A stretch of DNA of 43,910 nucleotides from a virus: the IMG/VR virus record IMGVR_UViG_3300045988_040029, positions 1 to 43,910 of that record, one strand, 5' to 3'. A program made the position numbers and the translations under genes. Under the pieces are notes generated by a model, which saw only the letters and a list, made by a program, of their open reading frames with translations, was not told where the DNA came from and did no database searches. Shown piece after piece: positions 24,126 to 33,420 of the stretch (positions are counted from its first letter, which is position 1; every line of letters starts with the position of its first letter).

Positions 24126-25747
24126 TATGCACTATTCCCTCTTCTTCTCCACAATGATTCTGTAGCATACCGGCTCGCATCTATCAGATGATTGTCGTGA
24201 TCAGGATAACCGGTAATGATATTTCCATCCTTGTCCCGCTCATATTCATAGCCTTTGAATTCATTGCATACGTTTGGTGTTCTTTCTGGATCCATAACCA
24301 ATTTCCGCTTTTGCCACCACTTCATAGAGTATTCGATGCTCCCTGGACCCTTAATAGCTCCTCTTGCAGCCAGTCCATAATCCCTGTAATCTGTCACAGA
24401 TTTTGGTTCTGCAGAATCACAAGTGATCTCGTAATCATCATATCCTCGCCGTTTGATTTCTCCAGCTGTCCATTCGTTCGATTTCTTGTTCTCATAGATT
24501 TCATCTATAAAGTATATTGTCTCTTTGTCTGCATCGTAATACAGCCGCACAAATGCGTACTGGTCAGGGAACCATCCCCAGTCTGTGCCTTGGTAAATAC
24601 GATCCATGTGGCTGATTTCTTCGTCTGTGATCGTTCGCTCTTCGATGAATTCAAAGACATTTCCGCCATTTCCGTTCGCTACGCCCATATATTCATTATC
24701 ATAGGCATCCGGATTGGTTTCTTTTAAATGTTCTGCGTCGTTCAGAAAGATCTCTCCCAGCCATTCCTCCGGCACATCCTTGTATGTGCTACGGCACACA
24801 AGCGCTTTTTCGTCTCCCTGTTCCGCTTCAGCTGTGTATTCGTTCGCCCAGTTATTCTTGCTTCTCGGTGGGTTGAATGATTTGAATTTATAGGCGATAT
24901 CACCACCTCGTAATGCGGACTGCTGGATGTTTCGGATCTCTTCCGGTCCTGCAAACTGATCCAATTCTTCGAACCAGACTATACCGATATAGCCAAACTC
25001 TGGTTTAATGGATTTGATCTTTAATGGGTCATCAGCTCCACGGAAGTAAATCTTCTGTCCGGTAGGCTTGTATGTGATCTCCATCGGAGACACTTTACAG
25101 TTAAATTCCTCATTCAGATTCAGCTTATCAATGCCCCATTTCATCTGTGCATACACAGAGTCCTTGATTGTATTTCCTACTTTACGTAGCACCAGTGCAT
25201 GGATATTTGGGCTGTTTTTTATCAGTTCCGGTATAATGCAGGAAATCCCGGAGGACTTGGTAGAGCCTCGTCCCCCAGGCAATATGTACTCTGAATGCCG
25301 CCCACTTCGTATATCTCGTATCATTGGATGAAATACATCAGCTATCACATCTAGATCCATGTGATAGATACCAGCTTGTCTGGCACGTTCTTCAGCCTTT
25401 TGTTTCTCTTCAAACTGTTGTTTGATGGTCAGTGCCTTTTCTAGATCATTTGCTGCTTTCAGCCGGTCTCCAGTTCCAATGTCCAAACCGAAAGCGTCCT
25501 TTTCTTCTCCACGAACTACACGGCTTCTGAACTCCTGTATCTCCTTTAAATCGCAGATACGTGTTGACTCGATCTCTTTCTGTCGCTCCGCAATATAGGC
25601 AGCTATGGCGGGTTTCGACAAGTTCTCAGTAGCTATGCTTTTCGCACTCTTTTTACTGTACCCCGCCGTAATCGCCGCCTGTGTCGCATTCCCGCTATTC
25701 CGTATGTATTCGTCTGCAAAAGCTTTCTGTTTAGGCGTTAGTTTCAT
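24125..25747 (-). CDS. terL: Terminase: small-subunit domain fused in frame to a PBSX-family large subunit
   Basis: Residues 1 to about 130 (MKLTPKQKAFADEYIRNSGNATQAAITAGYSKKSAKSIATENL...DRLKAANDLEKAL) form a TerS-type HTH plus oligomerisation motif. After that come the Walker A GGRGSTKS and a PBSX-like ATPase/nuclease body. 540 aa in one ORF. Confidence 0.85.
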   Translation of the reverse strand: MKLTPKQKAFADEYIRNSGNATQAAITAGYSKKSAKSIATENLSKPAIAAYIAERQKEIESTRICDLKEIQEFRSRVVRGEEKDAFGLDIGTGDRLKAANDLEKALTIKQQFEEKQKAEERARQAGIYHMDLDVIADVFHPMIRDIRSGRHSEYILPGGRGSTKSSGISCIIPELIKNSPNIHALVLRKVGNTIKDSVYAQMKWGIDKLNLNEEFNCKVSPMEITYKPTGQKIYFRGADDPLKIKSIKPEFGYIGIVWFEELDQFAGPEEIRNIQQSALRGGDIAYKFKSFNPPRSKNNWANEYTAEAEQGDEKALVCRSTYKDVPEEWLGEIFLNDAEHLKETNPDAYDNEYMGVANGNGGNVFEFIEERTITDEEISHMDRIYQGTDWGWFPDQYAFVRLYYDADKETIYFIDEIYENKKSNEWTAGEIKRRGYDDYEITCDSAEPKSVTDYRDYGLAARGAIKGPGSIEYSMKWWQKRKLVMDPERTPNVCNEFKGYEYERDKDGNIITGYPDHDNHLIDASRYATESLWRRRGNSA

Positions 25748-26006
25748 GTTCCCATCCTTGCATCTGCTCCCAGATATCTTTTAAACACAGTAACGCTTCT
25801 ATCTGGGATGCTGTACTAATAATCTCATAGTCTCTTTCTTTCTGTCCTTTTTTAGTCTGCTGCAGTGTAGATACACTAAGAGAGTATATTGTTATCATCC
25901 GATTCTGTTCTTGACTGTAGAACTGTCTCTGGCTGATCTTTACCGGTAATCTGGTTTTCAACAAAATCGCCTGCTGCAGCTTTCTCATTTTTAAATTCAG
26001 ATTCAT
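25731..26006 (-). CDS. Hypothetical protein
   Basis: 91 aa with the SD GAGG 6 nt upstream. Its 3' end overlaps the terminase start. Confidence 0.45.
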   Translation of the reverse strand: MNLNLKMRKLQQAILLKTRLPVKISQRQFYSQEQNRMITIYSLSVSTLQQTKKGQKERDYEIISTASQIEALLCLKDIWEQMQGWEHETNA

Positions 26007-26051
26007 GCTCTACCTCAATTATAGTTCTCATCACTTTTTTGTGTCTCTGCA

Positions 26052-26351
26052 CTATATCCGCCGTGTCAGCCTCAGCCAGTCGTAGAACTTCGCCATAGCT
26101 TTCCTGCGATATCCATAAAAATCATCTCTGGTGGCTGCTATGTACTCTTTCTTGCCGATCTCATCATAACTCATATTGAGTGTCATAGACCAGTACAGAT
26201 ACACTTCAATGCCACAAGGGGCAGAAGCTATACAGATCTGCATCAGCTCCTGCCGTTCCTGCTTGTCAGCCATGCGGCACATGGCAAGAATCTTTTTTTC
26301 ATCCTCTGGAAACACTCCATAATCACTCAACTTTTTCTTTCTGGTTCGCAT
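26052..26351 (-). CDS. Possible late-gene activator (ArpU/RinA-like C-terminal helix)
   Basis: 99 aa, just upstream of the terminase. The C terminus SYDEIGKKEYIAATRDDFYGYRRKAMAKFYDWL resembles the final HTH of ArpU/RinA-type regulators. This is a weak call. Confidence 0.35.
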   Translation of the reverse strand: MRTRKKKLSDYGVFPEDEKKILAMCRMADKQERQELMQICIASAPCGIEVYLYWSMTLNMSYDEIGKKEYIAATRDDFYGYRRKAMAKFYDWLRLTRRI

Positions 26352-26481
26352 TCTTTTTTACCTCATATGGTTTCCTGTGCATCCATTCCATTGCTTTTTT
26401 ATCTGGATGTTTAATTGCCGATTCTGTGTTTTTTATCCTGACCATTACGCTTTCACTTTTCTTCTGCTTTCTTTCCCACAT
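26323..26481 (-). CDS. Small basic ORF (52 aa), below the track threshold
   Basis: The ATG at 26481 has the SD AAGGAGA 7 nt upstream (MWERKQKKSESVMVRIKNTES...). It overlaps the next gene's start. Confidence 0.3.
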   Translation of the reverse strand: MWERKQKKSESVMVRIKNTESAIKHPDKKAMEWMHRKPYEVKKNANQKEKVE

Positions 26482-26511
26482 AGCTCTGTCTCCTTAAATT
26501 CACATTTTCAG

Positions 26512-26865
26512 TTAATCAAGGTCGTATACTACCTCAAAGTTTTTTAAATCATTTTCATCAAGATATGGTTTGTCAATACTATCTCTTTCATTCAAAACAT
26601 ATCCAAATTCATCCCATTCTACTTTCACATATGTCGCATCGTCTGGAAACAATTCGTCCAAATGTCCCATCATAATATCATTTTCCCAGATCAGATTACC
26701 TTTCGCATCTCGCAATCCTGTGCACTGACGCACTGTTTCAGGCTCTATTTGATATGCGATTTTGCTGATATAATCATAGATCCGATCTGGGAACATATAG
26801 TTCCCTGTGATCCATTCTTTAGTATCGATTCTTTTTGCTTTGTACAAATATCTATCAACGCCCAT
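26512..26865 (-). CDS. YopX-family protein
   Basis: VRQCTGLRDAKGNLIWENDIM matches the YopX signature QyTGlkDknGkeIyEgDIv. Confidence 0.7.
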   Translation of the reverse strand: MGVDRYLYKAKRIDTKEWITGNYMFPDRIYDYISKIAYQIEPETVRQCTGLRDAKGNLIWENDIMMGHLDELFPDDATYVKVEWDEFGYVLNERDSIDKPYLDENDLKNFEVVYDLD

Positions 26866-26887
26866 TCAAGTAAACCTCCTGCTTGTT

Positions 26888-27511
26888 TTACGCTATTTTT
26901 TCCCCGGTTTCCAGATTTAACTTCAATTCGTCTTTGAACATCTGAATAATCGACTGATCATCCAGATACGGCTTTTTGCATCTCGGCTGTCTGGTTGCAT
27001 AACATCCAATCATATACTTGATCTTATCCAGTACCTCATTCACCTTTTTCGTGGATATCCGAAATTCTTCTTTCAGGATAATAATCATAGGCAGAATATT
27101 TGCCAATATTACCGCATCAAGATATCTGATTCCTTCTCCGGATGTGATTACCAAAGGGCAGAGCGCACGCTTCTGCCCTTCAGGAATACTCCTGATCCAG
27201 TCCTGATATTTGTTCTTCTTTACTACGCAGTAATTCTGCATGGCTTCTGTCGTAATATCTGTATCTGCGTCATCATGCCATTTTGCTTTCATATCTATAG
27301 CCATACTGTAAAACTTCCTGAGTCGTTTCTCTTTGAATCCCAGCAGGTCATACAGTGTCAGATACGTCATCCAGCAGATACTGGTCGATACCGCAAGCAT
27401 TGCCTTATCTTCTGCCTCTTTTCTGTTGTAGTGTTTAATCACTTTTTGATTTATGCCGAGATATCTTCTTGTTTGCTTTTCGACACTCTTTTTTCTTAAT
27501 TTGCTACTCAT
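26888..27511 (-). CDS. Hypothetical protein
   Basis: 207 aa with the SD GGGGTGAG. I recognised no family. Confidence 0.65.
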   Translation of the reverse strand: MSSKLRKKSVEKQTRRYLGINQKVIKHYNRKEAEDKAMLAVSTSICWMTYLTLYDLLGFKEKRLRKFYSMAIDMKAKWHDDADTDITTEAMQNYCVVKKNKYQDWIRSIPEGQKRALCPLVITSGEGIRYLDAVILANILPMIIILKEEFRISTKKVNEVLDKIKYMIGCYATRQPRCKKPYLDDQSIIQMFKDELKLNLETGEKIA

Positions 27512-27645
27512 ATTCTCACCCCGTTATATATGCGTATATAATAAACGCATCCAAGATTAACCAAAACAAAACATCTTTTATTGTCATTTTTCTTTCCTCT
27601 TTTCTTTGACACAGAATTTAACAGACACACATTTATTAGGACCTA

Positions 27646-28062
27646 TCAAGAATCAAAAACTTCAAAATCTGATTCTTTCTGTAATAATTCTGGATTGTCG
27701 AAAATATTTCCAACAGTTTCAACCTTGCCGTGCCAAAATCCAAGTTCTTTTCGGTAAAACGATCCTTCTGGAAAGTCAGTGAAAAATCCAAGATTGTATC
27801 TTTCACAGTCAAAACCTGAACAATACATTCCGAATTTTATTGGGACGTATTCTCCGTTATAATTAACAATATCATTCTCCCAAATCTCGTTCCCGTATCC
27901 GTCAAAAAGTCCTGTGAACTGGCAGAGGGTTTCTGGACGAACCTCGTACGCAAACGGGCTGCCTGTCTTATTGCTGATGTACCATTTATCATCTTTATTC
28001 GCCAAAAGTCCATTGACCCAATTTCCGCTTATTGTCTTTGCTTTGAAAAGAATTTCTCTCAT
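27646..28062 (-). CDS. YopX-family protein (second paralog)
   Basis: MREILFKAKT...LCQFTGLFDGYGNEIWENDIV...VGNIFDNPELL is the classic YopX layout. Confidence 0.75.
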   Translation of the reverse strand: MREILFKAKTISGNWVNGLLANKDDKWYISNKTGSPFAYEVRPETLCQFTGLFDGYGNEIWENDIVNYNGEYVPIKFGMYCSGFDCERYNLGFFTDFPEGSFYRKELGFWHGKVETVGNIFDNPELLQKESDFEVFDS

Positions 28063-28340
28063 ACGTTCTGTACCTCCTGCTCAGAAAGTGGCTCGAATCT
28101 TTTCTTCTGCTTTACATTTGGATATTTAATTCTATCCACATCACTCGTGAACATACTTAACGGTCTGCACCATGTTACAAGTGGGTCTGTAAAGCACTTG
28201 TAAATCACCATAATTTCATCTGTTTCTGTATGAACTGCAATATCTTTTACGATGTAGTTTCTTCCTTTAAAGTGCTTGTATCTTCTTCCTACCATGTCTT
28301 CTCTTAGCTTTTCTAATGTTTCGACTGATACGTTACTCAT
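28059..28340 (-). CDS. DUF1653-like protein
   Basis: RRYKHFKGRNYIVKDIAVHTETDEIMVIY...WCRPLSMF fits the Y.HyKG..Y.v...a.hsET...vvY...W.RP..mF pattern. Confidence 0.6.
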   Translation of the reverse strand: MSNVSVETLEKLREDMVGRRYKHFKGRNYIVKDIAVHTETDEIMVIYKCFTDPLVTWCRPLSMFTSDVDRIKYPNVKQKKRFEPLSEQEVQNV

Positions 28341-28552
28341 TCGACTCCACCACCTTTCACGATTTCATCAATTGTTATATCCCCTTCTATGCAATATTTT
28401 TCAAATAAATAATTCTCTAATTGTTTAACAACCTTGTCCACATCAAAAGCTGTCGGCTGTTCATCAATAACCTGTCCTAATGTCTTCTTGCCTGTTATAT
28501 AATCTCTGCGCAATGTGTGAATCAATTTATCTGCATCAATCAGTCTGCTCAT
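28337..28552 (-). CDS. Hypothetical protein
   Basis: 71 aa, coupled by 4-nt overlaps. Confidence 0.6.
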   Translation of the reverse strand: MSRLIDADKLIHTLRRDYITGKKTLGQVIDEQPTAFDVDKVVKQLENYLFEKYCIEGDITIDEIVKGGGVE

Positions 28553-28777
28553 TCAATCACACCCCTCTTTCTTATCAAAATCCAAGTCAACTCTAATCAC
28601 ATCTGTATTTATTGCAGATAAAGATTTAACCTTTAAATCATAAAAAGGTTTCAGCAATTTTGAACCGGCATAAAATTCATCGTAATCCTCCCAGTTTCTG
28701 CTTGGGTGGCATACCTGAATTTTCTCACTACTCTCAATGTCTGCGCCAATTGTCACCACTAAATCAATCAGTCTCAT
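28553..28777 (-). CDS. Hypothetical protein
   Basis: 74 aa with the SD GAGGTGGA. Confidence 0.6.
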   Translation of the reverse strand: MRLIDLVVTIGADIESSEKIQVCHPSRNWEDYDEFYAGSKLLKPFYDLKVKSLSAINTDVIRVDLDFDKKEGCD

Positions 28778-28826
28778 ACTTCCACCTCACTATCCTCTGG
28801 CATTTGAAATGTCATTTTCTTAATCC

Positions 28827-29006
28827 TTATCCTCTCAGATCCTCAAAGAACTGTGCGTGCACTGCCAGTCCTTGTGTCATCATATCATCCATGTACTGTA
28901 CCACTTCTGGCCATGAATACATCTTTTTACGCTCCCAGAGCTTCCGTTCATCTGGTACTTCGTCTCTCCACCAGGTCTCTACCTGGTAATGTCCTTTGCG
29001 TCCCAT
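28827..29006 (-). CDS. Hypothetical protein
   Basis: The ATG at 29006 has the SD AAGGAGGAAAGG (MGRKGHYQVETWW...). 59 aa. Confidence 0.5.
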   Translation of the reverse strand: MGRKGHYQVETWWRDEVPDERKLWERKKMYSWPEVVQYMDDMMTQGLAVHAQFFEDLRG

Positions 29007-29019
29007 CCTTTCCTCCTTA

Positions 29020-29661
29020 TCAGCAGTCAAGAATCTGCTTTTCTAGTTCGTCAAAGTCATAATTTCTTTGTGGGAAATTATTGAACTTATTACTCTTGGC
29101 TCCGTGAGGAGCCTTATTATATTTCTTTTTATTTTCTTTCTCTTCTATAGGCTTTTTTTCTGAATTAATTCGATTTTCTTCCGCATTAATTCCACTTTCT
29201 TCCGAATTAATATGACCAATGGGTGCACTTAATAAAGGTTCCTCGTCCTCTTCTTTATCGAGCAACCAATATTCTGCATCATAAAGCTGCCTTCTCATGC
29301 CTACTATGGCTATATGATAGTAGCGCTTCTGGATACCAGCAGAGGTGATCAGACCCTTCTCAAGCAGGTTGGAATCTATTAGCCCTAACTCTACGCAGCG
29401 GTGGATCACTTGCACGGCAGCATCTTTTCTGGGAATCCACTTGGAGCCAATCTTTCTGATTACAGCCCTTACTAACTGTTCTTCAGTCATCTTGGCATAA
29501 TAGCCCTGACTGTACACTATCGTTAATATGGCATCGTAAATAGTCACTCCAAGTGGTCCGAACTCATACATTAATTCTTCAATGTCTGGGTCCTCATAAA
29601 AGTTGGTCATCTTCGGAAAGTAGTCAAGCCCTTTTTTGTAAGGTGCTCCTCTTCTCGCCAT
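29020..29661 (-). CDS. Replisome organizer / DnaD-like (Lin1244-type N-terminal domain, DUF4373-like)
   Basis: The N terminus is GLDYFPKMTNFYEDPDIEELMYEFGPLGVTIYDAILTIVYSQGYY. The C-terminal half is acidic and low-complexity. Confidence 0.6.
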   Translation of the reverse strand: MARRGAPYKKGLDYFPKMTNFYEDPDIEELMYEFGPLGVTIYDAILTIVYSQGYYAKMTEEQLVRAVIRKIGSKWIPRKDAAVQVIHRCVELGLIDSNLLEKGLITSAGIQKRYYHIAIVGMRRQLYDAEYWLLDKEEDEEPLLSAPIGHINSEESGINAEENRINSEKKPIEEKENKKKYNKAPHGAKSNKFNNFPQRNYDFDELEKQILDC

Positions 29662-29677
29662 TACTGAACCTTCTTAC

Positions 29678-30004
29678 TCATTTTCTTTTGCACGAATCCT
29701 CGTACAGTTTCATAAAATCTTCTAATCTGATCGTAACCTTCCAATCGGTACGATTCTTGCGATGGAATACGGCTGGGATCTCCTGTTTTGTTGCATCATG
29801 GATAGCCTGCTGTAAGGCTGCATCAATATTCAGCTTCTCAACCCGCTTACACTCAATATGGACTCCTGGAAGCCCTATGACGTCTGCATCGCCGTTGGAA
29901 CCACAGTACTGCTGTCCCCTTCGTGTTTCATAGCCGTATTCCTTTAGCTTGCGGGACAGCTCTCTTTCGCCCGCTGCCCCTTTTGCTCTTGAATTAACTG
30001 GCAT
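29678..30004 (-). CDS. Holliday-junction resolvase-like PD-(D/E)xK nuclease
   Basis: 108 aa. SRAKGAAGERELSRKLKEYGYETRR...GDADVIGLPGVHIECKR carries the E...D...E.K motif. It lies next to RecT. Confidence 0.55.
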   Translation of the reverse strand: MPVNSRAKGAAGERELSRKLKEYGYETRRGQQYCGSNGDADVIGLPGVHIECKRVEKLNIDAALQQAIHDATKQEIPAVFHRKNRTDWKVTIRLEDFMKLYEDSCKRK

Positions 30005-30085
30005 ATCTCTATGTACCTTTCATTTCCGCACCTCCTGTTTGTTGAATTTTGTGTGATATATTTCAAGTGTAGGTGCTCAATTTTT

Positions 30086-31039
30086 TTAACTGAATAAGAT
30101 ATCGTTGATATCCTGCTGCTGATCCGGTACCGGCTGTTCCTGCACGGGTTCTTCTGTTGCTGTAGTGTCTACCATTGGCATTTCTGCCTCTTCCTGATCT
30201 GGATACGTTACTGGGCAGCCATTTTGGTCTACAACTGCATTATCCGCTGTAAAAGCATTCTGCATATCTATGCTCATAGGTCCCCACTTGCTGATAAGCT
30301 GTCTCAGCATAGTCTTATATGCCATACCGTCAAAGTCTTTGTACCAGAAGCTTGAATATAACCAGGCATCTTTTTTATCATAATTACCGGCTAGATAATC
30401 TGCATAGGATACTTTTGGATATCTGCCGTTCGTTGCATTCTTGCTAAATGCAGGACTGTACTTGTCTGCATGGTTGATCATCTGGTCAATGCTCCAGTAC
30501 ATTGCTTTTTTGAATCCATTCGTAAGTTCAAAGAATGCGTAATATCCAATGGTTTTTGCTTTTTCTCTGGCATCCCAGTTATCTACCATCAAATTCACGC
30601 TGATTTCTTCGTTCAGAGGATCAAAGTACTGCAGTTCCCCTTCCTTAATTGCCATGACATTCAACCTTTTGTACTGACCGGAACGAATAGCCAACTGGAT
30701 ATATCCTTTATATCCCAGTACGAAAGTTGCCTGTTTGATTCCAGCTTTCTTGTCTTCGAATGGGACCATGTAAAACTGTCCAAGCTGTGGACTTGGTGAA
30801 AGCTCCAGTCCCTGTCCTAGCAATGCTGCGGAGAAGATTGACACGTTCGTACATTCTCTCAGTGCCGGTGTGTTCTGCACTGCTGACACGATTGACGTTA
30901 CGAATCTGGTAGAATCCATTTTCCCCACAACATCAGCAATGTTTTTCTTTACAGCATCACCAGAAAGAAAGGTTGCGATCGTAGCACCGACAGATGGCTT
31001 CTTGTTATCCTGATTAACTAACTGATTATTTACTGCCAT
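30086..31039 (-). CDS. recT: RecT-family single-strand annealing protein
   Basis: SIFSAALLGQGLELSPSPQLGQFYMVPF...FVLGYKGYIQLAIRSGQYKRLNVMAIKEGE is the typical RecT core. Confidence 0.85.
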   Translation of the reverse strand: MAVNNQLVNQDNKKPSVGATIATFLSGDAVKKNIADVVGKMDSTRFVTSIVSAVQNTPALRECTNVSIFSAALLGQGLELSPSPQLGQFYMVPFEDKKAGIKQATFVLGYKGYIQLAIRSGQYKRLNVMAIKEGELQYFDPLNEEISVNLMVDNWDAREKAKTIGYYAFFELTNGFKKAMYWSIDQMINHADKYSPAFSKNATNGRYPKVSYADYLAGNYDKKDAWLYSSFWYKDFDGMAYKTMLRQLISKWGPMSIDMQNAFTADNAVVDQNGCPVTYPDQEEAEMPMVDTTATEEPVQEQPVPDQQQDINDILFS

Positions 31040-31052
31040 TGTTCTTCCTCCT

Positions 31053-31892
31053 TTAATTAACTTTCTTTAATTTAACCCCAATGCTGTCACAGAATGCTCT
31101 GAGTTTCAGCGCCTGGTTGATATTGATATCGCATTCAAATATCATGTGATATACTGTTGCGTTCTCTTCTACTGTCTGAGCAACCAGCGTAGGCTCTGTT
31201 GAATCTTTTACAGCCTGTTCTGCTTGCTTCTGCGTTGTTTCTTCTGCCGCTTTCTTTCTTCGTTCCTCTTCCTGTGTTTCCTTCGTCTTTCTGAGATTAG
31301 TCAGCTTTGTTGCTTCTGCAATGGCTTCATCTAGCTTTCTGTTTTTCTTATACGCCACAACCGCTTCAAAGCTGTATTCAGGTAGCTGTTCCAGAGTGGC
31401 AATATCCCGATTAGATGTAGCAATGATTTCTTCCATGCAGGCTTTTACTTTTGGCATGCTGCATGATTTCAGCAGCCAACCATTTGAGAAACAGCCTTCC
31501 AGATTCAGCCAATCCGGTTTTCCATCCAGGTTGTCCCACACTTCTCTGATCTTTTCTCTTTTGGCATCTTCCTGTTGCTTATCATATTCCTTGACCTGTT
31601 TATCGATCATGGCAACCGGTTTGTCGATGATAGAGATCAAATCATCTACCTTGCTTTTGAATTCTGCAAACGGTGCGTTCCATTCTTTTTGGCGCTGGAT
31701 CCGTTCATTGTTCAATACTGCTTTCAGCTTATTTAGTTTGGCTTTATCCTCTTTGGCCATCTTGATCTGATCTTCTGTATAGACCAGATTCTCATACTCT
31801 TTACATTTCTGCTCAAGCTCTGCTTTCAAGTCGTCATAGTTGAAGACTGGAGCCTGTGGCAGTACAACTTCTGATAAGTACTTAAATTCCAT
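31053..31892 (-). CDS. DUF1351-like protein of the recombination module
   Basis: The start is at ATG 31892 (MEFKYLSEVVLPQAPVFNYDDLKAELEQ...), 15 nt after the exonuclease stop; the track start at 32042 lies inside the upstream gene. It sits between exonuclease and RecT, as in many Firmicutes phages. Confidence 0.55.
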   Translation of the reverse strand: MEFKYLSEVVLPQAPVFNYDDLKAELEQKCKEYENLVYTEDQIKMAKEDKAKLNKLKAVLNNERIQRQKEWNAPFAEFKSKVDDLISIIDKPVAMIDKQVKEYDKQQEDAKREKIREVWDNLDGKPDWLNLEGCFSNGWLLKSCSMPKVKACMEEIIATSNRDIATLEQLPEYSFEAVVAYKKNRKLDEAIAEATKLTNLRKTKETQEEERRKKAAEETTQKQAEQAVKDSTEPTLVAQTVEENATVYHMIFECDININQALKLRAFCDSIGVKLKKVN

Positions 31893-31906
31893 TCTTTTCC
31901 ACTTCC

Positions 31907-32557
31907 TTATATTCTTGGGAGTATTAGTGCAGGTTTTCGATCCTCCATTACGCACTCCCAAAATTCTTTTTCTTTCTCTGCCAGATACCGGATGTCCTGC
32001 TCGACTTCCGTTCTCTCTATACGATAATGCTTTGTAATACACATTACATCGTCACCATAATCATATTTCAGTTGTGCTTTTAGTACCGCAAATTGAAATC
32101 CAGTTACCATGAGATAATGCAGAATCTGGCAATAATAATTATCCGGTATTCGATTGTCCCATTTTTCTTTCTGATGACTGTTCAAGATGTTTGTCGTTTT
32201 GCATTCCCAGATGCCATGAGAGCCGTCTTCTCTGCGAAGCCAGCCATCAAGAGATGCATGAGCCCATGGGTAAGCATCATTGAGGAACATATTATTTTCT
32301 TCGTAGAATACACAGTATTCTGGATAGTCCAGCTTAAACAGTTCTCTCAGATACTGCTCTGCTTCCGTCCCGTACTTCACATAGGATTTTTGGGATATAT
32401 CTTCCTGTTGTCTCCTGCCGGTCTTGATCTCCCACAGATCCACGTTGGACATATACGGATTGAGGCCGATAATTGCAGCAGCATCTGAACCGCCTATCCG
32501 GTTATTTCTGGCTTGCAACCATTCTTCTCGGCAGCCAAACACTTTCTTCTCAACCAA
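31907..32557 (-). CDS. YqaJ-like (lambda Exo-type) recombination exonuclease
   Basis: It uses a TTG start. WLQARNNRIGGSDAAAIIGLNPYMSNVDLWEIKTG is the YqaJ N-terminal signature, and a later ECKTT motif is present. Confidence 0.8.
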   Translation of the reverse strand: MVEKKVFGCREEWLQARNNRIGGSDAAAIIGLNPYMSNVDLWEIKTGRRQQEDISQKSYVKYGTEAEQYLRELFKLDYPEYCVFYEENNMFLNDAYPWAHASLDGWLRREDGSHGIWECKTTNILNSHQKEKWDNRIPDNYYCQILHYLMVTGFQFAVLKAQLKYDYGDDVMCITKHYRIERTEVEQDIRYLAEKEKEFWECVMEDRKPALILPRI

Positions 32558-32714
32558 TCCAGTATTCTCCCTCTTTCAGATCTATAATAGGTTTCTTCGC
32601 AAAAATCCTTTTCCGGTATGCAATACTATTTCTTTTTCTTTCTCGCTTCACACCTGTGTAATATACAGGGAATCCAAAAGCCAATACTGCTACAATGCAC
32701 ACAATACTACTCAT
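32550..32714 (-). CDS. Small N-terminal TM, basic ORF (54 aa), below the track threshold
   Basis: The ATG at 32714 overlaps the upstream stop (ATGAGTAG): MSSIVCIVAVLAFGFPVYYTGVKRERKRNS... Confidence 0.35.
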   Translation of the reverse strand: MSSIVCIVAVLAFGFPVYYTGVKRERKRNSIAYRKRIFAKKPIIDLKEGEYWIG

Positions 32715-33408
32715 CTTCTTCACCACACTCTACAAATTCACCGTCTTTCAGTTTGTACCATGTATCAACTTTAATCTGCTCACCGTCTACAACTGTTGCT
32801 TTCCATTTGTCGATGTTGTAACTGCTTCTTTTTTCTTCTACGATCACGAGAATTGCTCCGAGTCCGCCTTTGACTTTTACATCATTCCCACGTGCTACAG
32901 AAAGTCCATATTCGCCAGATGCTGATCTTCCTCGACTTGTGGCTGCTCCATAGTTACCGGCTGTGGCTGCTCCTTTGTATCCGGCTGTGGCTGCTCCTTT
33001 GTATCCGGCTGTGGCTGCTCCTGAATCTCCGGCTGTGGCTGCTCCTTTGTATCCGGCTGTGGCCATATCTGGATCAGTATATTCTGTTGTTGTTCTGCTC
33101 TTTGTATATTCTATGGCTGCATGTACCAGCCCACGGATATCAAGTCTTGCGCCAACTTTCATGATCGTGCTTGCAACTTTTGTATCACCACTCTTTCTAT
33201 CCAATTTCCCACTTTGCTCTACTTCGTGATATATGGAATTAGCTGGTTCATAATAGTTGAAGCAATCCAGTGGATATTCGCATGCGTGCATTCCTCGATC
33301 GCAGCATTTTGCATCATCTTCCGTGAATGTTTCTCCCTCTGCGTACTGCTTGCCTTTACAAGTCATATCTTTATTAAATCCCTTGTATGATTTAATTATT
33401 TCTTCCAT
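32707..33408 (-). CDS. Cys/His-motif N-domain protein (DUF7666-like by recollection) with an octapeptide repeat array
   Basis: The N-terminal domain is YKGFNKDMTCKGKQYAEGETF...CCDRGMHACEYPLDCFNYY. This is followed by ATAGYKG/AATAGDSG/AATAGYKG repeats. Confidence 0.5.
   Translation of the reverse strand: MEEIIKSYKGFNKDMTCKGKQYAEGETFTEDDAKCCDRGMHACEYPLDCFNYYEPANSIYHEVEQSGKLDRKSGDTKVASTIMKVGARLDIRGLVHAAIEYTKSRTTTEYTDPDMATAGYKGAATAGDSGAATAGYKGAATAGYKGAATAGNYGAATSRGRSASGEYGLSVARGNDVKVKGGLGAILVIVEEKRSSYNIDKWKATVVDGEQIKVDTWYKLKDGEFVECGEEDE
32939..33058. repeat. Five tandem 24-bp repeats (coding, 8 aa each)
   Basis: The unit is gtggctgctcctttgtatccggct. Units 2, 3 and 5 are identical, and units 1 and 4 differ at a few bases. 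Confidence 0.95.
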
Positions 33409-33420
33409 GCTTCCCCTTTC

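Noticed and set aside
30005-30040. Four-codon leader mini-ORF (MKGT) with AGGAGG just before the resolvase ATG
   Set aside because: It may mediate translational coupling, but it is too small to evaluate, and the SD may simply serve the resolvase at a long spacing.
32939-33058. CRISPR-like appearance of the regularly spaced 24-bp repeats
   Set aside because: The units are directly abutting with no spacers and are in frame inside a CDS. This is a coding tandem repeat, not a CRISPR array.
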